DNA of 63,809 bases, counting the filler, from Licmophora abbreviata (Eukaryota): assembly GCA_900291995.1 (NCBI GenBank). It is 11 parts of 11 records of this genome, joined end to end, with 100 filler letters (N's around TTAATTAATTAA, not from the genome) between each part and the next. Parts side by side here need not be neighbours in the genome. Positions count along the whole stretch, not along the records: positions 55,695 to 63,809 come from OLMU01005262.1; 10 more parts are not named here. One strand, given 5' to 3'. The notes below the pieces were generated by a model. It saw nothing but the letters and a program-made list of their open reading frames with translations. It searched no databases and was not told the origin of the DNA. Positions 55,595 through 63,809 of this stretch are shown here, one piece after another. The position numbers were made by a program, and so were the translations under genes. How positions within the stretch are numbered: the stretch's first letter is position 1; the number at the start of each line of letters is the position of its first letter.

Positions 55595-55694
55595 NNNNNN
55601 NNNNNNNNNNNNNNNNNNNNNNNNNNNNNNNNNNNNNNTTAATTAATTAANNNNNNNNNNNNNNNNNNNNNNNNNNNNNNNNNNNNNNNNNNNN
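55595..55694. other. Artificial contig spacer
   Basis: N44-TTAATTAATTAA-N44. Confidence 0.99.
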
Positions 55695-56228
55695 TTTCTG
55701 ACACAGTTTGCCTCTCAAGATATTGGCATAGACGCCGGTTAGGACAATGTCTTCTACCTCACGTAGCGCATCGACAGTGTCGACCGCCAAGCCGAGTTCG
55801 GCCGCAATTGTCTCGTAGGCAATGGTATCTTTGGAACCACTGCCAACGCACGCAGCGTGCACCAACGACACAACACTGAGCAACTTCAACTTTTGAACTT
55901 GCGAGTCCGTCAGTGAGACATAACTGGACGTATTCGCCTTGTATTGTAAGAATGTTCCGTAGGAAAACAAGTCCAGCGTGCGCAACAGGGCTTCGCCGTC
56001 TGGTGCAGTCTTGATTTTCAGACCGGTGTTGTGGTTGTTGACGATCGTTTTGATTTCGTCAAAGCCACAGAACAGGTCGGGGTGCGAGAGGGCTTTCAAA
56101 ATGAGCGTGCGAACAGTGGAAATATCGTCTGTATCCTGCAGCATTTGCAAAAGTGGATTCAATGCTTCGTCGTGGGCGGCAAAGTGCGACACAATGGAAG
56201 TGGTGGTATCTGATGCTGAAGTTGTCAT
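55695..56228 (-). CDS. CSN7: COP9 signalosome subunit 7 (PCI domain), 3'-truncated by gap
   Basis: LILKALSHPDLFCGFDEI, LDLFSYGTF.QY, QKLKLLSVVSL, LREVEDIV...VYANILRGKLCQK. Confidence 0.85.
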
Positions 56229-56637
56229 GAAGATCTCGTCAATTCTTGGACGTTTCGCTAACTCAGAATTTCCCCGAAACTTCTTTTTAAGCTTTTTAGC
56301 GATTAGACTGAGAAGATTGATGCAGAGTTCACATTAAAAGAGGCACAGCCGTCGCAATCGTCATGGCGCTGAGTGCAATGTTGAGATTACACTCTCGCGG
56401 TTTCTTGTATCACGAGAACACATCCGGGTCTTTCATTATCTCGACGCCGCACGCTCGTACGCGCGCATCCACTATTGAAAAAATGAAAAAAATCACAAAA
56501 TAGTCATGTTGACCATGATCGACGAGCGGCCCCGCCGTGAATAGGTCTGAAGACAACACCGTTTGCTGCTTCCTGCTACTTGTTTTTCCCCCACGTCTAA
56601 ACTGAAACGAATTGTATACTTTAGTTCTGCACGAAAA

Positions 56638-59044
56638 ATGGCTGAAGATCTGTCGACACTCTCCGACGAAGCCAAGCGCAAGCTCTTGAAACCACAGCCG
56701 GCCAATCACCAGCAGGTGGAAGAGGCAGCTCAAAAGAGTTTTCTTCAGTCCAGGGACGACAGCATTACGATTATGAAGCAGCTCGATTCTTACGATGATG
56801 TGAACTATTTGGTGGAGCGAAGCAGTGACAAGACCAAGTTTCTACTCAAAATTCACAATGGCGTCGAGTCGGCTGATTATATCTCTGCCCTGCGCTCAGA
56901 CGAAAGTAGCGATGACGGTGGCGACTCTGTAATTCATTTGCAGAATGCCATGATGCAGTACTTGAATCAGCATAATTTGCGTACATCGGATCCCATGTCT
57001 GTTGTGGGCGACAAAAACGAAGAGAGTGCTGCATCCGCCTACGCAGCGGTCCACTCGTTGCCAGTAGTGTCGACTGCCCACAGTCCCCAGCCACTTGTGC
57101 TGCGATTGCTCTCATGGATACCCGGTCGCGCCCTCTCCTCTCTACCCACATCACTTCCTTTGGAATGTTTGCTGCAGGCGGGCGTATACCTGGGCAAGCT
57201 CGATGGAGTATTGGATAGTATGAAGGAAGATCACTTTACAAAGGCCGCACATCGCTACCATGCGTGGGATGGCAAAAATACGGCGGATCTCCGGCAGTAT
57301 CTCGACTGCATTGACGATACACGGCGTCGAGGAATGGTCGTGAGCATCATCAATGCCTTTCAAGAACAAATTCTTGATGCGAATGTTCCGTTTCGAACAG
57401 GCTTATTGCAAGCTGACTACAACGATGCCAATATTATCGTCAATGATGGTAATGAGGTGACGGGAGTCATTGATTTTGGAGACTCCGTGACCAGGTAAGA
57501 GAAGCGAAAGTCGTTCAGCTTTTGCAGCGAGCAGGATGCTCATCCAACTAGAGTACTCGACAAATGTTGTGTTTTGGTATGTCGACCGATGATTAAATTT
57601 CGTCGGAGGCAGGCTATGGACAACGACCCCCTGTTGAGTTTTCGCTTCATATCGATGAGCCAGAGCAATTCACGGAAATTAAAGCAGCCGGAACGTCAAC
57701 GCTATCGTGGCTCTCGCCATTATTTTGGAATGGAGGTGTTCCATGACGACGGCGTTCAAACAGTTTTCAGAATCGGGAAAAGATGAAATAACACCTTGTG
57801 GCGATATCAATCTCATGTCCGTCGTTCTGTCTTGTTGCATCTGTTTTAGTTGGCGAGTCCTGGACATTTCAGTCGCCATGGCGTATGCTATGTTATCGCA
57901 GTACGGAAAACAGGATCGACATATCTCGGCAGCAGCCGCAATGCTTCGAGGCTTTCATTCCGTCTATCCCCTGCAAGAGATCGAACGAAAGCACCTGCCC
58001 TTACTCATGGCGTGTCGCCTGGCTTGTTCGGCGTGCATCGGGGCTTTCTCGTACCAGCAGAATCCAGAGAACAAGTATCTACTTTTGCATGCCGAGCCGG
58101 CATGGAGGGCGCTTGAGACGGTGTGGGGCCATGATGATGAAAAACGACCGGCTCTCCAAGCGGCTCTGCATGCCACGTTCGATCTAGCTTGTGACTATGC
58201 CGCCAACGAAAGAGGCGAAGTCGGCTGTTTAGATCTCGCCTTTCCTGACCCCAGTATCGCCGATCCGCTTGTATCTATCCGTGCGAATGCATCGACTGAT
58301 CCACGCGTGACGAAGCGACAAAAGGTCAATGCGTCGAATGGCTGTGGGGGCAAGCCGGTCATCACGTTTGTCACTGGAAACAAGAAGAAACTGGAGGTAA
58401 GTCTTCAGAAGAGGGGCTCATCTTGCGAAAATGTCGGGTCCGGCGCTCAGTATCATTGTTTCATTTATCTCAATACGGCTCAATAGGAAGTGAAACGGAT
58501 TCTCGGGTCGGGATCGGAATCTAGCTTACCGTTTGAGATTTCCAACCACAAGCTTGACCTACCCGAGCTTCAAGGTGATCCCATGGACATCGCAAAAGAG
58601 AAGTGCTGCGAAGCAGCTGTCCAACTCGGGGGAGCTGTCATTACTGAAGACACATCGCTATGCTTTACGGCCCTGCATGGCTTGCCAGGTCCTTATGTCA
58701 AGTGGTTTCTGGATAAATGCGGCCACAGCGGCCTTAACGACATGATTGCGTCGTCAACCGATAAGTCTGCCTATGCACAGACGGTAGTTGCGTTCTGTCC
58801 TGGTCCAGGACAAGAGGTAGTTCTCTTTGATGGCCGAACTATGGGCAAGATCGTTCCGGCTAGGGGTGCACTGGACTTTGGGTGGGACCCTGTATTTGAG
58901 CCTGACGAGGGCGGCGGCAAGACGTATGCGGAAATGAGCAAGGAAGCCAAGGACGCAATTTCACATCGAAGTCGCGCCTTTGCAAAACTTCGAGAACTCT
59001 TTGCGGACGAGACGGATTCGATTGCATCGTCCATCAGTTCATGA
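56638..59044 (+). CDS. ITPA: Fusion of a hydroxylysine-kinase-like (APH/choline kinase fold) domain and inosine triphosphate pyrophosphatase. Exons 56638-57494, 57850-58396, 58487-59044 (653 aa).
   Basis: Kinase: [48 protein letters not shown]. ITPase: [66 protein letters not shown]. Both introns are GT-AG and frame-preserving. Confidence 0.9.
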
Positions 59045-59163
59045 TAAAGCTATAGAAGCGAGTTTGTAGTTACAGACAGAGCACTTTTAGCTAGAGCTGT
59101 TCGTCCCGTTAGATATCCAGCTACCATACTATGTGTTTAGCAAATGTGAGTGATATCTACAGT

Positions 59164-59975
59164 CTAGGGCGTAACGCAGGGACCATCGAAACCTTGAGCT
59201 GTCAGGCCACCGTCCACACCGAGACACTGTCCAGTTATGTATGAACTTGCCGGTAAGCACAAGAAAATTATGGGAGCCGCCACCTCTTCGGCGCTCGCCA
59301 GACGATGCATGGGTGTCCAAGCCGTGACCTTGTCCAGCTGTGAAGGGTTCTTCTTGACAGCATCCTCCAACATGGGCGTCATGGTCATCCATGGAGTAAC
59401 CGCGTTGACCCGTATCTTTCGCGAGGCCCACTCGCATGCGAGGATACGCGTCAGGTGGTTCACTGCAGCCTTGCTCATGCCGTAGGCAGCACCGGTCCCC
59501 GAACTCTGCGTACCGGCTGCCGATGACACATTCACAATCGTGGCACCGTTCTTGTCGTACAAGCCAGAAAACATACGACAGAGAAAGTAGGAGGAATCTA
59601 CGTTTGTTCGCATGATGGACTGGTATTCTTCTTCTGTCTGCTCCAGAATGTCTTTACGAACGTTGACACCGACATTGTTGACCAGACCGTGTAGCGTCGT
59701 GAAGTTGCTTTTAGTAGTGGCCACGAGCTTTCCCGTCCTTCCTTAGTGGATACATCACAGGCAACATGGATGACAGACCCTTCAAACTGAGCCTCCAGAG
59801 AAGCTAGTATGTCGTCAGGTTTGCTTCTGGAGCAAATGATGACCTTCTCCGCCCCGTGCGCCACCAGGGCCTTGGTGGTCGCCAGTCCAATCCCTTTCAC
59901 GCCTCCCGTCACCACGAAATTTCGACCCGTTAGGGACCAGCCCTGTGGAAGCCCTTGAATGAGAGAGGTGGACAT
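59164..59975 (-). CDS. Tropinone-reductase-like short-chain dehydrogenase, with a -1 frameshift in an A-run at 59729-59731
   Basis: [78 protein letters not shown]...VDGG. Confidence 0.88.
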
Positions 59976-60349
59976 TGGAGTCAATTGAAACGACACGATA
60001 GGCGCTGTATCTCATGCCATCAGCAAAAAGTCCATCGTTGTGCGTCTCGCTGTGTTCGGGAATTTGGAATTTGAGATGATCTGGGAAGAGGATCTCACGG
60101 CGCGCGCCTTTCGCAACACGGTGAGGAGAGATGAGAACCAACCACGTCTTCAATGGGCACAACGGGGACCAACACTCGTCGACACCACTTGGGAGAACTT
60201 TTGCTTCTGCGGTTCTGGTGCAGAATTGGGTGGATGTTAGTCAGTCGAAGGTGAATTTGAAGCTTTCGCTCTGAAGAGAAACGACCTGCATTCGTGCACT
60301 ATTCTACTGACACGTCTGGCGCCATCGCGCACACCGTCACATCACCGCC

Positions 60350-60838
60350 ATGGCCTCCTTTGGACTGGGACAACAACTGGAAACATGTACGACCTCCTCC
60401 ATTCAGATTGAACCTTCGACTCCATGGGTGGCGGCGTCAGAAGGAAATTTGTCGCTTCTGCAATCTTCCTTACAAACGCTTAATCTGACAGCCGATGCCG
60501 CCGATGAACAGGGCTACACACTATTGCAAGCCGCAGCCTCCTACAATCAACGTGGAGTTATGAAATGGCTATTGCAGCTGTCTAGTATCAATCCTAACTC
60601 AGTGGACAATGATGGCGACACTGCATTACACCATGCCGACAAGGTAGAGGCGGCACGACTATTGCTCGAAGTTGGCAAGGTCGACCCCAACATCATCAAT
60701 GGTAGTGGCAAGACGGCGCTGCAAGTCAAGCGAGAGGACTTGTCGGAGTTGTTGGTTGAAGAAGACGAGGACAACAGTGATGTTCTGAATCTGCGAGAGT
60801 TGATTGAATACCTAGAGAGAGCAACGGGAAAGCAATGA
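60350..60838 (+). CDS. Small ankyrin-repeat protein
   Basis: TPWVAASEG, DEQGYTLLQAAASY, DNDGDTALHHA, NGSGKTAL. Confidence 0.9.
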   Translation: MASFGLGQQLETCTTSSIQIEPSTPWVAASEGNLSLLQSSLQTLNLTADAADEQGYTLLQAAASYNQRGVMKWLLQLSSINPNSVDNDGDTALHHADKVEAARLLLEVGKVDPNIINGSGKTALQVKREDLSELLVEEDEDNSDVLNLRELIEYLERATGKQ

Positions 60839-61608
60839 TAGATGCGGCGGGTGACAAATTAATCCTCCGAAACTGAGTACTAGCGCATACAGCGCATCAT
60901 TGGCCTTGCCGCAATACAGCAACGCACCGTCTTGAGAGCACGGCGAGATCTTTCCCCGAAACAAAACCACGCATATCACGCGCAAGCGAAGAACGTCGCC
61001 GCGTGACCTACCCCTGCTTCTTAGATGTTTAGCAATAGCTCAGCCTACCTCTGACGGCATCCAAGCGTCCAGGACCATCCACCATTTTCTAAGTTCACCA
61101 TTCATCCGACTTACTCTAGCAGCCGCCACTCACTATGATAAGCTGGTACACGACACAGGCGCAATTGAGCTCTGTAGGTCTACCAGCCTATCAGATTCAT
61201 TCGCTGAGCTGAACCACGACCGCCGGAAATGGCGGGAGGCGAATTGCGTCGATCGATTTTGTCTAAGTATCCGAAATTACTTAGCAGATTTCGGCTGAGT
61301 AGAGCCTCCCGAGCGGAAGATGCATAAAACCATTCTAAAGAGGAGAGTAAAATCTTCGTGCGAGCGTTTTAGACCCAGTTGAAAAATGACATTCTCGTAC
61401 GACGCGAAGACGTCATCAATAGAATGGGCAGTACTGAAATGCATTAAATAATTTCCTCGAGGCATGCTCGATAGGCGCCAAAAAAGTCGCCCGTCGATGG
61501 CCGCTTTGAAGAGGTGCGCCGTGAAGCTCTCATTTTTGTCACTCATCGGTGTGAACCGCGGTCTCCGAAGCTCAACAGTCGTTGCCTTCTCCACCGGTTC
61601 CAGGAAAG

Positions 61609-63809
61609 ATGATGGCATTTACACCACCTTATCCTCGCTGGAGTGATCCTCGGCATGTGCCGACGTCGACGAACGAGAGTCCATATCCTCTAGGAAGCCC
61701 CAGTCTCCGTATTCTTCGAGAGCCGCGGAAGCTTCCCCCCGACGCGAGCACTGGCTCGGAACGGGGGTCGCCATTCTATCCACCTTCGAAGCCACGCTAT
61801 GTATCGTCGTCCGACGGTTTCATTCCCATTCGCAGTAATGAGGAACGCGAGGCGAGGGCGTTCACACCCATCAAACACGAGAAGCCGTCCCCCGCCACAT
61901 CCCTACGTACGGTGACTACTGTTGACACGCGCGAGAGTCTTCCGACACTCGATTCTCCGCTCCACGGCCTTTCTTCGACCCGTCCCAACTTCAATACCAT
62001 CTACCTAGCACCCAGAGACATCTCTGTGCGTCGCGCGCTCGAAAGTAGCTTCGACTCGGCCGTCATTGTCACGCCACAGCGCAAGACACCGAGCCCGCGC
62101 GAGCTCAAGAAGAAGGCCTCTTGGGGTCGCGACGATGATGCCGTACGCAAGTCTCGTCTCAAGACCGAGCTGTGCATGCACTACGTGAACGGATCGACGT
62201 GTCCGTTTGGTGAGAACTGCACGTACGCGCACGGAGAGGAAGAGCTCCAGCTCACCAAGCTCATGGACTTGCATCGGGCTGGTCTCGTGGACGTCGAAAC
62301 CTACCGCACCAAGCCGTGCGTCACGTGGATTTCTACAGGATCTTGGTAAGACAAGTGGATACCGCGAGTTTGGCGGGAACTCCTTCCATGGCCATCTGGA
62401 CTCGCATTCCACTCGTATCGGTTCGCTCACTCGTGCAACTCATTGTTCTACTATCATTCGCGTTTCACTCTTACAGTCCCTTTGGGAAGCGCTGCAGTGG
62501 CATCCACGACCCTCGAGTTGCAGGAACGCATCACTCGTGGTTGCCGCACACTGAGACGCAGGGCAACACCATTGCGACCGATATCAATGTCGAAGCGCTT
62601 CACCAGAAGCGCCTCAATGAGCTCCTCTACAACAATCCATTCGGTGATAAATTCTCGATGGAAGCCGACTCGTACGATGATCTCTACAAACTTGTTTGCA
62701 ACACCAAACCTTCTTTCGGCAAGAAACGTCGCGCCACCATCGCCAAGCGCCACAAGGCGGACATTGCTCTCCAGATGCGTGGACCTCCTGGGTGGAAATA
62801 CAAGTTCCGCCCCCAGCACATCATTTTCGATGAGCTCTGCATGGTCATCCAGAAACGTGCATTTCGCTTGACGCCCGAGAAGGCTATCGAGATTCCTCTC
62901 TCCATGTGCCGGCGCAGCGCTGCCAATACGCCTTTCCAGTACGTCGTTGTGCGCGAGATTGCGTTCGGTCCTGACTGTGATTCGACAGTCCGCGGTGTTG
63001 CCTTGTGGTTTGACATCACGGAGAGTGACGTGACAGTGTGCACACCGCAGCAGGCCAAGCGCTTTCGCTGGAAGAAACCGCTCCGCAACCGCACAAACAC
63101 GCCGTCTCCCACAATGATGAAGCAGAAGAAGAAGACGTCGTCTTCCTTGTCTTCGGCCTTTGAAAGCAAGGACTGCTTTGTCATGGTTCGCCCCTACGAC
63201 ACGGATGCGTACAATCTCGTCACTGAGATGCTGTTGCACCATTTGGGCGTGCTTCGTGCTCAGTGCGTTTCGCAGCAGATGTCCGACCGTTCGATGGCAC
63301 TTAAAGCTCTTGCCGTGAAGGACGCGAACATTCGCGCCGTATTTGTGCACCAGATGAGCCACTGGGAGACGTGGGCGTGGCCCGCCAACGAGGGCAGAGA
63401 GCATGTGAATGACAAAACGCCAGTGCCTCCTGTCGACGGAAAGTACTCAATCCAAAGTTCGATGAGCAGCGACAATGAGGTTTCTTCGACCTCGTCCGGA
63501 TTTGCAGTCAAGCGCATCTGGGATTCCTTCGCCTCCACCAAGCTGGCTGGTCGAGACCAGATGGAGGAGGACAAGCCTTACAGTTCCAAGGCCCGTCTTG
63601 ATGTGTTTGAGGCACTGTCGCGTGGTCTGACCTTGTCCATGAAAAGGTATGTGTTGCTTCAGTCGGCGACGAATATGCGGTTGCAATGGCACTCCGGACC
63701 AGAAACTTACCCCCTTTCCCTCAACAACTCCTGGCGTAGTCACAGTGTCCTTCCTCACATCAGTGCAAGTTGTATTCGTTTGACGAGTCACAAGAAACCG
63801 TTTGACAAG
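61609..63809 (+). CDS. Tandem CCCH zinc-finger (TTP/ZFP36-like) RNA-binding protein; intron 62346-62476; runs off the window end
   Basis: [26 protein letters not shown] and [25 protein letters not shown]; exon 2 is open to 63809. Confidence 0.9.

Noticed and set aside
19048..55694. Ten identical TTAATTAATTAA palindromes embedded in N runs
   Set aside because: Synthetic six-frame-stop contig linkers of fixed 100-bp size. They are not biological repeats, CRISPR arrays or recombination sites, and ORFs ending in X-runs are artefacts.
57743..57790. Possible SECIS element (ATGA...AAA...GA)
   Set aside because: It lies in an intron, the required helix does not pair, and the host gene has no in-frame TGA.
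59729..59731. Frameshift in the tropinone-reductase-like gene as programmed frameshifting or a pseudogene
   Set aside because: Adding one A to the homopolymer restores REKLVAT and both halves are intact, which is typical of a homopolymer sequencing error.
62454..63404. 316-aa antisense ORF (and similar ones at 22643-23482, 26305-26952 and 31682-32242)
   Set aside because: Shadow ORFs opposite well-supported genes, with no recognisable motifs; explained by codon bias.
1..63809. tRNA, rRNA, transposon or CRISPR features
   Set aside because: None recognised by eye: no cloverleaf, transposase/RT ORF, terminal repeats or repeat-spacer array. tRNAscan-SE, Infernal and RepeatMasker would be needed to exclude them.

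Overview
Eukaryotic genomic DNA, most likely from a diatom. This is inferred from compact genes, short GT-AG introns of 70-105 bp, a DUF6824 protein and bipartite plastid-targeting presequences. The window is a scaffold of 11 contigs joined by ten artificial 100-bp spacers (44 N + TTAATTAATTAA + 44 N). It holds about 25 protein-coding genes. Housekeeping genes include a BRWD/PHIP-like WD40-bromodomain protein, a TPX2-like protein, COQ8, an acyltransferase, RPE, TYW1, ERGIC/Erv46, CSN7, a tropinone-reductase-like SDR and a CCCH zinc-finger protein. The most unusual region is 518-18274. Two paralogous 4-exon genes of about 2,260-2,300 aa each encode an unidentified N-terminal domain, a MICAL/class-A flavin-monooxygenase-like FAD module with large insertions, and a C-terminal domain with about 6 transmembrane helices. 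They flank a SulP-STAS-cNMP anion transporter and share an approximately 390-bp near-identical patch. Other notable items are a spliced hydroxylysine-kinase-like/ITPase fusion, a bacterial-type ArsH with an organellar presequence, a YqaJ-like nuclease with a signal peptide, a His-phosphatase-GNAT fusion and a truncated DMAP1 chimera. Three single-base frameshifts suggest some sequencing error. All homology calls come from motifs recognised by eye; no database search was run.
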